DNA of 64,000 bases. Origin: the human T2T-CHM13v2.0 reference genome, Homo sapiens. Under the pieces are notes generated by a model. It was not told the DNA's origin and did no database searches. It was given only the letters and a program-made list of their open reading frames with translations. How positions within the stretch are numbered: position 1 is the first letter of the stretch; each line of letters starts with the position of its first letter. Position numbers and translations under genes: made by a program. The stretch lies in NCBI RefSeq assembly GCF_009914755.1, contig NC_060932.1. One strand, 5' to 3'. Positions 13,995 to 28,505 of this stretch are shown here, piece by piece.

Positions 13995-14195
13995 GTGGGT
14001 TTTCCTTTAAAACATGGCATATACTTGACATTTTATGCATAACACCTAGAGAACTTAAAAAAAAAAAAAAAACTGATGATTGGTCTCCACCTAAGACCAG
14101 TTGCCTCAGAATCCCTAAGGGTCAAAACTGGACATTAACATTTACTTTAAATCTCTCTAGAGTATTTCAGTGCATACCCAGTAGAGAACCACTGG
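13995..14195. mobile_element. MER5-like hAT DNA transposon remnant
   Basis: tcagaatccctaagg...gagaaccactg terminus resembles MER5A. Confidence 0.5.
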
Positions 14196-14889
14196 CATTA
14201 TAAAAGGGGTATAGGATTTAGAACAAGAGGGAGTAGAATTCCAACTTCAAATCTGCAAATTAGTAGTTTTCACCTCATTTGTGTCCCAGTTTTTCAGGGT
14301 TTTTATGAGTTTTGTAGATAAGCTATTTGAAATATTTGGCAGGAAATACAGACTTTAAAAATGGAGGCATCATTATGAATGACCTCCAGGCTGTGTGCAA
14401 AAGAAACATTGTCCATAAATGTCTGGGACATTGTTCTTATTAAAATCAACCCCAAACATATACATATTGCCATCTGTTAAGTTCCTATTTTGAGAGAATA
14501 ATTCTGTTTAGGACTGAACTCAAAAAACATACCAATGTATCTTGCTATCCTAGCCTCCCATACTATTACTTAATTGCAATAAAATAGTACCGTCTTAAAT
14601 AGAAAATAACCAAGAAATACTAATGTTGATTCAATATTGTCTGACTCTCAGGAAATGCAATAAAAATGATGAAATAAAGAAAAATAAAAGCTTTTGGGAA
14701 GAACTCAACCGCCTTCCATAATTGTTTGTCTATTTATATCTAAGTATATGGATATAAGTTAGTTTAAAATTTTTAACATGACCAAAATACTGTAGACAAA
14801 AAGAAGCCAATGATCTGACTTTATTATTGAAGACTATGTGAATCCTTCTGCTAGTATCACTGGCGCAAAAATATCATTGTAAATAAGTA

Positions 14890-15560
14890 AAAAAATAGCA
14901 GATACTGGTGAGGCAGTGGAGAAAAGGGAACACTTGCATGCTGCTGGTGGGAGTGTAAATTAGTTCAGCCATTGTGGAAAGCAGTGTGGTGATTTCTCAA
15001 AGAACTTAAAATAGAATGCTCATTCAACCCAGCAATCCCATTACTGGGTATATACCCAAAGGAATATAAATTGTTCTACCATAAAGATACATGCACATGT
15101 ATGTTCACTGCAGCGCTATTCACAATAGCAAAGATATGGAATCAACCCAAATGCCCATCAGTGGTAGACTGCATACAGCAAATGTGATGCATACACATCA
15201 TGGAATACTATGCAGCCATAAAAACAGTGAGATCATGTCCTTTACAACATGGATGGAGCTGGAGGTCATTATTCCAAGTGAACTAATGCAGGAACAGAAA
15301 ACCAAATAGCACATTTTCTCTCCTGTAAGTGGGAGCTAAACATTGAGTCCACACAGACATAAAGAAGGCAGCAACAGACACTGGGGCCTATGGGAGGGTG
15401 GAGGGTGGGAGGAAGGTAAGGATTCAAAGACTATCTCTTGGGTACTATGGTTATTACCTGGCTGAGGAAACTATCTCCACACCAAACCCCTGTGACACGT
15501 AGTTCACCTATATAACAAACTTGCACATGTATCCCTGAACCTAAAATAAAGTTTTTTTTT
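14890..15560 (+). mobile_element. L1PA (older, ~L1PA13-16) 3' end
   Basis: ORF2 end (EIMSFTTWMELEVIIPSELMQEQKTK) and 3'UTR ending aacctaaaataaagtt. Confidence 0.9.
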
Positions 15561-16412
15561 AAAGGAGATCATTCTATATGTACTGACATGTAAAGACATA
15601 CATGATATATTAAATGAAAAAGATTATAGAACCATAAAAATTCATTGTCTATACAGAAATGTTATATAGTTTTTAACTTAGAAAAATTGGGAAGTTACAT
15701 TATTTCCAATTTGAGTCTAGTTTTAATATACCTGCAATGAAAATCTTGCTGTAGAAATTTAGTGTGTATGTGAGTGGAATTATTCTTCTGGTGGGTTTTG
15801 CATAACAGACTATTATTCCATAAGACTAGAGTTTCAGAAAGTACTCCAATTTGTTACTCTTTTAAGATTATTACTATAGACTGTAAATAGCTTTCTCGAA
15901 AACTTACCCCACTTCACAAATCAAATTAATGCTTTATTTACTGAGCATCGATGTGTTATGCAGAGCAGGTGATACACAAATAAATGAGGCACTGCTTTTG
16001 ACTTCAAAGAACTTAAAATTATATGGAAGATAAATAGGAAAGATTGTGTTAAATTATGTTTTAACATCTTGAGTACAGTCTTATTGCAGGGCTTAATGTC
16101 TCAATTTCGTCTAGATTTCATCCCTCCAGATTGAAAATGGCAGCACAGAATAGGATGTGATGTGCAAATTACATCGTGTCTATACTGTCTATATTTAGGA
16201 TTCACCTAACATTCAAGAGTGCATAGCTCATTCTAAATGGCTGAAAATATTTTATATGAAATACATTGGTTTTAATATTGCTATGATGAAAGACACCAAA
16301 TCCTCACAAGGTGTGGGAGAGGACCTCTGAACGTGGGAACCCGGACTTCTCCCGAAAGCATTCAGTTCCCACCTAAACCCACAAAGATGGGCAGATGCCC
16401 CTGAACACTTAC

Positions 16413-16598
16413 GCTTACACATGGGCGGCTTCCCCTTGTTACTCCACAGCCCATCTTCTTGACACACGGCTGTTGCTTGCTGGCTGGATTCAAGCTTGAA
16501 GCCCTCATGACATTCATAGACCACTTTACTGTCCAAAGTGAACTCGTTCCCGGTAAATGAACCGTTTCCTGGGGATTCTGGGATTCCACAGGACACAG
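16413..16598 (-). CDS. CSMD1: CSMD1 coding exon, Sushi/CCP domain (AVSCGIPESPGNGSFTGNEFTLDSKVVYECHEGFKLESSQQATAVCQEDGLWSNKGKPPMCK)
   Basis: CCP consensus (CG-x-P-x-x-P-x-NG...Y-x-C-x-x-GF-x-L...C-x-x-x-G-x-WS...P-x-C). Acceptor ttttcAG at 16599-16600, donor AGC|GTAAGT. 186 nt, phase 1-1, preceded by a ~34.5-kb intron. Confidence 0.96.
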
Positions 16599-16722
16599 CT
16601 GAAAAGAAATGAAACAAATGTAGGCTTATTCTTACAGAAATTATTTTCCAGTTATTAAAACCATTGATTGATTAATCATTATTATTGACTCCATTTTTCA
16701 TTAAAATTGTGAATTATGTTTC

Positions 16723-17028
16723 TTTTTTTTTCTTTTTTTTTTTTCCGGAGACAGAGTTTTGTGCTGTCTCCCAGGCTGGAGTGCAATGACTCGATCTCAG
16801 CTCACTGCAGCCTCCACCTCTTGGGTTCAAGTGATCAAGTGATTCTCATGCCTCAGCTTCCCAAGCAGCTGAGATTACAGGTGCACACCACCATGCTGGC
16901 TAATTCTCTATTTTTAGTAGAGACTATTTATGTTGGCCAGGCTGGTTGCCAACTCCCAAACTCAGGTGATCCGTCCACCTTAGCCTCCCAAAGTGCTGGG
17001 ATTACAGGCGTGAGCCACCATGCCCAGC
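16723..17028 (-). mobile_element. AluS
   Basis: Poly-T followed by an antisense Alu body; degenerate TSD tgaattatgtttc / tgaattctatttc; ~125 bp from the acceptor of exon 16413-16598. Confidence 0.9.
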
Positions 17029-18255
17029 ATGAATTCTATTTCTAGGGTGTGGGATAAGTATACACATTTTCAAAATCTTAAGGATATTAAAGGTTAAATG
17101 AGGAACAATGGAAAATGGGTCAGAATAAAAGCTCTTCATAATTATTTTTCTGGAAGATAAGACTGACCACTCTCATGCAGCTTAGCCGCAGTCTGACATA
17201 TTTTATCAGAGGGTGTGGCCACGGGAGCACAATGTCACACACTCAACTTCATCTCATATTGGAAAGAAAGAAGAAGGGATGAAGCAGCATCTTTATCATC
17301 ACAATGCTTATTGCAGTGTAGACTCTTTGGTGTCGAAATTCCTAAGAATCAGCCGCCTCAGCTCTGAAAAGTCTTCCCTTTTTATTGTTCCTCTCCCCTT
17401 CCCCAATTCATTTTCCCTAAAGCCCCAGGAAGTTCTGTTACAAGAAAACAGGACATAAGGAACTGATAGAGGAGGCACTCGGGGAAGATTCCCAGGGCAG
17501 AAGGCAGCATCTAGTGGGGATGTGGACCGCTTTCACGGGAAAGACCATGCAAGAAAGAGGTATGCATGCAGATGAGGTTTTATAAAAAACAAGATTTGGG
17601 GAGAATTCTGTGTAAACCCTTTCTTCTTAAATTTGCTATGTCTGATCCAGATGTATCTACTATGGGACAAGAAAAAAATTCTCAAACGATTACATGTGAC
17701 AGTCATGAAGCCAACAAGCAGGCAGAGGGTGACATTTCAATAATCACGTACCCACTTCAGCTGCACTCATAAAAGAAAAGTTCTATGGTAACTAAATAAA
17801 GAGCCTTCTTTTACTCAATCAGTATTAAAGATATTGTTCACACCATGGATTTAAATTCAGATAGTTCAAATTTTTCCCATGTAGATTCTAATGAGAATAT
17901 CTGTGTAACAAGATAGAGCGGGAAGGGCTGGATGAAGAAATTTATATAAACACATAATTCTACATATAAAGAAAATGACTAACCTAAGGTGACACAATGA
18001 CTTAGTAACCTCTGGCCAGAGAGCAAATCTTATGACTCCCAAACGAGACTATTCTCTCTTCTGCAAAAGCACAGGTTATCTCCGGTATTGTTGGAGTTCC
18101 TTGGTTTGCTGTATTGGTTCTTTCTTCTTTACCAAAATATTAAATAAATACAATGGGAAATTGCCAGAGAAGTAAAAGAAAATGTATTCCCCATTAAAAT
18201 CCAAACTCCTGGAAATTTCAAGCTCTAAAATGTCTCATGTTTAAATGGATGATCA

Positions 18256-18742
<487 letters not shown>

Positions 18743-19729
18743 TCATTTGGGGCAAAGCATTTCAAATAATAAATAATCATCTTTGGCTCTGTGGAAGCAA
18801 CAGATCTGTGGGAAGACTGTTGGCATGTGGAAAATATTCATCTTAATTTCCTGAATGCAGTAAATGCCAGAGACCCATCCTTTCTTTTCTGTATCTCACA
18901 ATGTTCCAATATCTAGCTTCCTCATCATTTTCTCTCAGATTTCACTCTGACAATCACGTGTTCATGATCGCAAGCCTTAATTTTTCTCCCACTCGCTGGC
19001 TGGAATGTGCGCAGTGTTCAGCTTCCTTAAAATTCTCATTCGGGCAGAGCAGGGAAAGAAATGACATTTTTCTATCGGATGAAATGGGAAAGATGACATT
19101 TTACAAACACAGATGAAGCCCCATCACGAAACAATTCATACTCGGGAGACCAAAGCAGAAGATCTTTATAGCCCCTTCTGTTACATCTGGATGCTTATTT
19201 GAGAAGTGAACCCCTGCTTGCCCAGGTCTTAAGACAACCCATTTTATGTTGCCTGATCAACAACCGGGAATCTTTTTATGGTTTCGAACCACAGTGTTTA
19301 GCCCCTTAAGTGTCTTAACAAAAGGCTATTTGGTAGATTTAAAATAACGGTTGGCAATGGGTCAAAAGTAGAATTATAACACTTCTGATTTAATGGAGAC
19401 ACAGCATAATCCTTATGGACTAAAATCAGGCTCATGGGATGAAGACAGTTTCCTGCTCAAGTTTAGTATTCATTCATCTCTCATTTATTCCCAAAATTTT
19501 GCATGATTGCTATAGGATAGGCATCCATAGATCACTATTTTTTTAAAAATGCGAATTAGCATTGGCAATGTAAGAAACTTTCACAGTTTGGAGAATTTCC
19601 TTACATTTGGTATATCCAAAGAGAGTAAAATTCCTCAGTTGTTTTTTCTTTAGTTGTACTAAGGTATTACTATATGTCCCAGCAGCTTAGGCGAATAATC
19701 ATTTATTGATCCTGTAAAGTTAAATTTTG

Positions 19730-19945
19730 TTTGGGAGCACAGGCCTCAAACTCAGACTTCTGAGTCAGTTCTTGCTGTACCTCTCAATAACAGTGTGGCT
19801 TCAGCTAACTTACTTAATGAACGTCGTCTTCTTACGCTCAGGTTATTAAGACCTATGTCAAAAGGTAATCAGGAGGGTTCAATGAAATCATCCTTACAAA
19901 ATGCGAGCCCTCTGTCCACACGACATAGGCATTCAATCAATGACA
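19730..19945 (+). mobile_element. MIR fragment
   Basis: gagcacaggcctcaaactcagac...ttacttaat...cataggcattcaatcaat MIR-like pattern. Confidence 0.5.
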
Positions 19946-20278
19946 AATTATTATACGCAGAAAATCTAATAATTATGTTATAGGCAGAATATGTTTTGTA
20001 TTACACATACACACATAAAATTTTTACTTATTTATTTGCAAATAAAAATATTAGTTGCAAGGATTAACTCTCTGTTATCTACTTATTAAAGAGAGCAAAG
20101 AGTAAGTTGGTAGGTAGTAAGATGGCTTACTTCACTTACATATCTCATGAGAGGTGTAACAGTTTGATTTCAAAAAAGTAAGTAGAAGAGACGTCCAGTG
20201 TTGTCTGAACCTTTAATACCACAAACCCCACATGGGATTTCTTCTTTGCATATCTAAGATCCTTCAAATAGTGGTTAA

Positions 20279-20617
<339 letters not shown>

Positions 20618-23600
20618 TGAGGATTTCTGAGGATTTTTAAGTATTTCCAATGTAAGAATTTTTTATTAAAGATACGTATTTATATGAATATGTATATATA
20701 ACTTTAAATATGTGTACACATATGAATGTTAGGATTTTCAAGTATTTCCAAAGTATTTAAGAATTTTTTATTAAAATTATATATGTATATAGAAGTATAA
20801 ATATATGTACACATATAAATGCTAATCAAAATTGTAATATAAGAATATTCTAGATTACTATCTACATAGGTTGTACTATACAATATTAGTGCCTGCCATT
20901 TGTTTTTGAGTTTATGTTCATGTTGGGCCAAGAAATAACAGTTAATTTTTTGCAGCCTAAAGAGAAAAATATTAGAGACAGATAATGGAGAAATCATGGG
21001 TTTGCTTCAAGAGAAGAATAAGTGACTATACAGAAACTTCCACAAATATAAGCCATATAATGCTTATATGGTAAGAAATGTTGAAAAGATGGACTCATTT
21101 TACATGCAAACACACACACACGTGGTAAATACCTATGAGTATCATATATAATTTTTCAAGTAATAATTGAATTTCATAAAAACATCATCATCTTAATGGT
21201 TATTTTCCTCAATTTGAATTGTGTAAGTTAAATATGCATTTAACTTGCAAATACAAATATGCACGCAAAACATTATGTTTGTATATATTTAGTAAGATTA
21301 TAATCAAATAATTAAATTCAAAATCAGGGTCATTAAAACACCTTAGGAAACACTAACTTAAGGGAATCATCAACTATATGTGTATTTGCAGGTATGTGTG
21401 TGTGTTTGTGTATATATATATGTATACACACTTATAGCTATATGTCTGAGAAAACATATATAAGTACATATGTGTAATTATATCTTATTTTATACATGAT
21501 TTTATAGTTTACAGTGTTTTCACATCATGCTTTTTTACTTAATTTTCACTACAAGCCTATTAGATACAAACGTTATTCGACTTTCTTACAGATAAAGTTG
21601 CAGATGCTAACATTTTTTATATCATTTTCCCCAAGTCTAATAGTCATTAAAAGGCTGAGGCCTCAAAACGGTTCTGCTGAATTCAGGTAGACTTTCTCAT
21701 CCCATTACTAAAGATGCCCGGACTATTGTGATTATGTATTTTCAATTTTAAATCTATCAGATTAGTCTTCACTGAAGTTTTCATAATTTCATTTTCAGTT
21801 TAAAAATTTATAGTGGTTCCCTATTTCCCGCGACACTGAACAAAAACTACATTTTTTGTCTTCAAACCTCACCAAAACCTTCCCCTACTCTCCGTAACTT
21901 TCCACCGCCTGGCCAGCAGACCCTCGCCAAGTATCCACGCCGCCCAGTCGGCCTATTCTCACTTTCTTGCCTTAGTTTTCTCTGGGTTCTTCCGTTCTAC
22001 CCCAAATATTCTTCTTATTCTGCACCTATTTAAGCCTACTCTAGAGCAGAAAATTGGCTTCAACCAGCGAGTCCTATTCTCATCTGATTGGTAGTGCTAT
22101 TGTGTGCAACTGTTTGTAATTTAGCAAATATTTATTTAAATAAAAATATTGCTTCACAAAGTTACATATAACTGCACTTTCTATAGTTGTCTGTATTAAA
22201 TTACCGTGTGCATTGTCTTCTTAAAATTACTAGTACTTTAAAAATAAATATCAATGCTGCTTCAACAGATCTGTGCATTCTGAGGCCCATGAAACCAGAA
22301 TATTAGACCCGTATTTGTGGGTAGACAGTAAACATATACAAATATTTTGCAATCATTACAATTTGCATTACCAACTTTCTTGATACACGAAAACAATCAC
22401 TAGTTAATTTTTCAATAAACATGATCCTTTTTGGTGCTAATTGCTGACAAATGGTTTAATCGCAACATATAAGGTGCTAAGACAGGAAAAAATACACAGT
22501 TGTCGATTTACCATGCAATAAATAACAGGCCTCTAGAAAGAATGTTTGTGCCACAACTTCTCAAACATTAATGTGCTCCTTATCCCCAGGCCATGCTGAT
22601 GGCACTAATATCCTGATGAAGTACATCTGGGGGAGGGGGAGATTTGAGACTCTACTTTTCTAACAGGCTGCGTGGTCTCGGAGGAGCAAGGATTTAGACT
22701 ATCCTAAATGCCCTAGGGAGGCTGCTAAGCCTTTGCCCACACACGGTTTACAAACACCTGCTATATAATTCCCCTGCTGAGTGTCCTAGCAGGATCCACA
22801 CAAATGCCTCAAGTACCCTGCAGGGACCTCCCACCTCCTCCTCCATTCTGAAGGGTTTACTACCCCTTGCTGCTTCTCTGAATGCACTTTGCTCAACAAC
22901 CAGCCCTCTCTTTAAAAGGAAGGTGTGATGTTGGATGTTGACATGTTTGGGGAAAGGAGGATGTGTTGGTGATTTTTTTTTCCGCTAACCCTGCGCTAAA
23001 GTGAGAAACCTGTTCCCCGCATGTGTCTCCTCACTATTGGATGAGACCATAGGAGACGCTGCAAGTGCAAATGAAGGTCTCCCCATCCCATCAAAGCGTA
23101 TTTTAGCACGACTATTAATAATAATGGCTTGTTAAGAACTAAAAAAAAATAAGGAAAAATATTAAAAGTAACATAAGAAGCAGGCACCCCAGACATCAAA
23201 AAAAAAAAAAGTGCCCTTAAAAAACCAGGATAAACGTTTACCAAAAACACGAGGGCTTCTGTCTTTATAAGGTGATCCTTGCACTCCCTTCCCTGCACAA
23301 CTTTTTCTCTGCAACAACTCATGCTTTTTAAGCAACATCCTCAGGACAGCCTCTCAGTTAACAGTTTTCGAGAAATGATTGTCATGTGGGCTGTTTGTGA
23401 GCCGCTGTGAAGCGAAAATGCTGTGGGATAAGCTGGAGAGGAGAGGAGGGGACACAGGACTCAGGGCCCAGGTGACAGGCATGTAGCTTATAGGAGGCAC
23501 GTCAGGACACCCTTCAGAGTTTGAAGATGGGCAGTGACACCAACTCATTTGTGACCTGATAAAACCCTCTGGTTGCCATCAGGAGATGAACGGAGAGAGG

Positions 23601-24070
23601 GTCCTGAGTGGGGCAGACGTAGGAAGCCCAGTAGGGCAGCCCATGAGAGAGAGGAGAGTGGACTGGGGGAGGGGAAAGATGTGGATGGACTTGGACCCAC
23701 TGAGTAGCTGGGACCAACAGGGTGTGGGAGTCACAGGAAAGACTTTATGTGCAAGCAAGAGAGAGAAGTGATTCAAGCAGTTGGATAGACTGAGATGCTA
23801 ATTTCTCAAACGGGATTCACTTCAGGGCAAGTAGATTCAGGGGAGAAAGGAGTTTTATCTTAGCAGTGGGATCGTGAGGCACAGTGGGTACTGCAATTAG
23901 GCAGTGGGTATTAGGTCTGGAACTGAGAAGGAAGGGCAGGCAGCAAGTGAAGACCATGAAGTATTTCTAACATTTACCGCAAACTGGAATAAAGTACTTT
24001 CCGGCTCTTTCTATGCCTTATTCAAATTGTGAGATTACATAGCTAAGACTATACATTGAGCCTGTCCTAA

Positions 24071-24414
<344 letters not shown>

Positions 24415-24629
24415 TATTAACAACTTTTAAATAATAAAAAATTACTATTAGAACAGACCACTTACTTGGCTAGGAAGTTAGACTTGCTCACAGGCATGAT
24501 TGTTGTAAGTTGGTTTACAAGCACTTGAAATTTGATTTCAGAGACTTAAATTCATGTTTCACTTTCTCCATCAACTTGTGCTATGGAAACAATCAGGTAT
24601 TTCAAATCTGATACAGGTGATAGCCCCCA

Positions 24630-24850
24630 TCATGCTTTGAATGCATCTCCTCCAAAATTCAGTTTTCAATATGATAGTATTAAGAGGTGGGGCATTTAAA
24701 AGGTGATCAGGTCATGAGAGCTCTTTCTTTGTGAATGGGATTAGGTGTCCCTATAAAAGGGCTTTATGGAGCAGAGTCATGCCATTTTGTCCTCCTGCCT
24801 CCTGCCATGTGATGACACGGCATTCCTCTCTCCGGAGGAGAGATGCTGTG
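24630..24850 (+). mobile_element. MaLR LTR fragment (MLT1A/MST-like)
   Basis: tttgaatgcatctcctccaaaattca...gtattaagaggtggggc...gtgaatgggattagg...cttataaaagg-like motifs. Confidence 0.7.
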
Positions 24851-27269
24851 GGTATGCTGTGAAGTGTCTGTCAATTTCAGCTTCATGTTTGTTACCTCAA
24901 AGTGAACAATGGTGTGAAACCATGATCAAATATGCACATATATGTGTAGGAACTAAAGATTTGTATAGTTATTTTATACTAATGTTTATAATATGTTATA
25001 GAAACAGAATAGGATGCTTGAAAGAACATAGATTTAGACATAGCAAAGTCTGAGTTTGGTATTTGTCTGTTTGTTTATGACTCGGACAATGTATATAAAG
25101 TATCCAAACCTTTGCTTCCTCACCTGCAAAACACAAATCACCCATACCTCCTCAGCAGGGGTTCTTTGACAGATGTACAGTTTACAAAGCAAAACATCTG
25201 GACCCTACTAGGCCAGCAGCAAATAGTCACATTTATTATTTTGTCATGAGAAATAATAATTTTCCTTCAGATTTAATGTAAAAGAAAGCATTTTTCTGGT
25301 TTTTAAATGAAGGTCAGCTAAAACCTAAATAAACATGAAAGAATATTTTTACTTTTCATCAGAATGTTCGGGACATTTACCATCAAATGTTTTCTCTGCA
25401 CCGTGGATATCCCCTTATGCCACTGTCAATGGAATTTAGGATGCACTCGAGCAAACACTGGGAGACGTGAAGCTTAATCCACAGTTGGCCAGGGGTTGAC
25501 AGTGTCTCCTCAATCATATGACATCTTGAGCTTACACAAACCAGCACCGATCCATATACAATAAAGCACTGACCCCATGACTCAGAAAGTCATATACACA
25601 GGTGGTAGAAATGACAAAGTTATAGCGAAATCTCTATGTTTCAACATTACTGCCTTTATCAGTATAATATCTGACATCATTGATCAAATACAAATTCCCT
25701 GCCATTGTGAAAAGTTTTTCTAATTGCATTACTTCATTTAATCTTGGTAACACCCTACAAGATAGACTCTATTTTTTTTATTACTTGTAAGAAAAGTGGG
25801 CATTAGAACATTATGCAAATCACCCACATTCTTATGACTAGTAAACGGCTCTGTGAGGGGTCAGATATCGGAGTATCTGATGACGAAGCCTGCCTTTCAG
25901 TTACTCTCCTGTGCTGTCTCTGGGCTACACCTGACTTATTTCACCATATGTATATTTACTGTTATTTTCAATGTCCACCTATCAACATTCAATCAATCAC
26001 TTAGAAATACATTTTCAAATATGATTCTGAAAATACAAAGGCCACATTGAATTTGAGCATTAATGGGAATATTTCTGGGTCCTTTCTTTTTTTTCTATTT
26101 TCCTCCCTTATCTTTGATTTCCAAAATATTTTCTTGGAATAATTAGGCACCAAGAAACATCTTATTTGACATGTAGCCATCATCCAATATACCATTAATA
26201 CCATGCTGAAGGCTGAGATAGAAAATAACAGCAAGAGAGGAGGTGCAGTACGGAGCCACCTCTCCACCCACGGGGATAGAACTGGTCACACTGCTTTTCT
26301 TTACTATGTGTAGGTGGTGCGATGTCGGGTGTTTCCAAGGAGTAAACACCAGCAACAGAAATATTCTTCCGTTTGTTTGAAAGGATAAAGAAAAGTGTGT
26401 CTGAAAATGAATGTCCATAGAGGGAACTAATGACTTGGCTTTTGCAGACACTAAAGCAAACTTAAAAACAACAACAAAACAAAACACATTAAAAAAAAAA
26501 AAAGCCCAGCAGCTATGAAATGCAAAATTGAGGATAATAGGATTGAGCGAGAAGTATCTTTAGATGTTCTAATCCTCTTGAAAATATCTAGCACTTCATA
26601 ACCCAAGGAAGAAAAAAAAGCATTTATGAATTTGAAACAGACAAAAAAGCTATGAAAAAGAAGGCAGCAGAATAGGGTTGGCAAATAAACAGCTAATTAT
26701 TACAGTGAAAGGCTCTGGCTTGGCAAATAAAGCCTCTAGAATGTTTACTCAGGGGTAAATTGGCTGCTCAGCCAAAGCTGTGCAAGTAACTGACTTTTAC
26801 CCATCTACTTTTAGAGTGTTGTTCAAAAGAGACAGGTACAAACATTTTTAAACTGTCTTTTTTTCGGAATATAAAACAAAGATTTATTCAATAAAAAGAA
26901 AATTCCTAGAGAAAAAAAGCTGGAGGAACGTAAAGTGACACTGCTGTGTGTCATAAAAAACTCTGATTCGGATGCCAACCACCAATGTCCTATGGAACCC
27001 AAGAGTCCCAGGCTCACTAAGCATTTAATCAATCTCGTATCATAAAAACTTACAGAAGGATTTTATGCACGCTCTTTGTGGCCGATTTCAAAGGGAATCT
27101 GCATTTTGGAGCCTATCCTCATCCTCCCTGATAAGTGGGCTTGTTGGGCATACTCTGGTAAACTAGTCAAGCCCAGAAGCACATGTTGTCTCTGATAATG
27201 AACAAGTGACTTAACCTATTTCAGCTTCAGTTTTACCTTCTGCAAAATAAGAATAAAAACGATAGCAAA

Positions 27270-27900
27270 AACTAGGAAATAATGAGTGCTGACAAAGATG
27301 TGATAAAATTGAAACCCTTGTGTACTGTCAATAGGACTGTTAAACAATACAGCCACTGTTGATGACCTATGGTGGTTCCTCAAAAAATTAAAAATAGAAT
27401 TACCATATGATGCAGAAATTGCACTTCTGGCTAAATACCCAAAAGGATTAAAAACTTGTACAGTTATGTCCCTAGTAGCATTATTCACAATAGCTAAAAT
27501 ATGAAAGCAATCGAAGTGTCTGCCAAGAGATGAATGGCTAAACCAAATGTAGCCTCTACACACAGTGGGTTATTACTCAGTCTTAAAAAGGAAGGGAATT
27601 CTGACACACCACATGCTACAACATGATGATCTTGAAGACACTATGCGAAGTGAAGCCATAAAAAGACAAATACTATGTGATTCTACTTATGTGAGGTGCC
27701 TAGAGTAGTTGAATTCAGAGAGACAAAGTAAAATGATGGCTTGTAGGGGCTGGAGGAGGAGGAATGGGAACTTGTTTAATATGTGCAGAGTTTCAGTTTT
27801 GCAAGTTAGAATAGTCCACCAGAGATGGACAGTGGTGATGATTATACAACCTTGTTAATGTACTTAACACCACTGAACTGTACACTTAAAAATGAAAAAT
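27270..27900 (+). mobile_element. L1MA/L1MB 3' end
   Basis: ttcctcaaaaaattaaaaatagaattaccatatgat...cagagtttcagttttgcaag...tacttaacaccactgaactgtacacttaaaaatg. Confidence 0.88.
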
Positions 27901-28153
27901 AATAACTATATGCCACAGATGCACGGTCATTAGGATAAAGTTAGATAGGGAACATTAAGTCTTGCTGCACAATAGCCAATCAGTACTTTTCAATTTTCAT
28001 TCTCTTTCATTTACAGGTGAAGAAATGAAGCAGCAAGCACAGCTCAAGCTGCCTCTTAGAGGACACAGGTTACTGAATACGTTTTCAACAAAATGAACTT
28101 TCAAGGCCTGATAAATTCTCAAAACATTGATCTGAAGTTTGGCTACATATTAA

Positions 28154-28505
28154 AGATATGATTTGGATTTGTGTACCTGCCCAAATCTCATGTTGAATTG
28201 GCGGGGCCTGGTGGGAGGTGACTGGATCATGAAGGCAGCTGTTCTCATGATGGTGAGTGAGTTCTCAGGAGATCTGATGGTTTGAAAGCCTGTGGCATTT
28301 CGCCCCTAGCTCTCTCCCTCCTGCTGCCATGTGAAGAAGGGACTTGCTTCCCCTTCGCTTTCTGCCATGATTGTAAGTTTCCTGAGGCCTCCCAGCCACG
28401 CTTCCTGTACAGCCTACAGAACTGTGAGTCAATTAGGCCTCTTTTCTTCATAAATTACCCAGTCTCAGGTAGTTATTTCTAGTAGTGTGAGAATGGATTA
28501 ATACA
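28154..28505 (+). mobile_element. MSTA-like solo LTR (MaLR)
   Basis: gatatgatttggatttgtgt...cccaaatctcatgttgaattg...ttacccagtctcagg...taataca; 5-bp TSD attaa at 28149-28153 and 28506-28510. Confidence 0.9.

Noticed and set aside
15390-15420. G-rich potential G-quadruplex
   Set aside because: Standard G-rich tract of the L1 3'UTR; not locus-specific.
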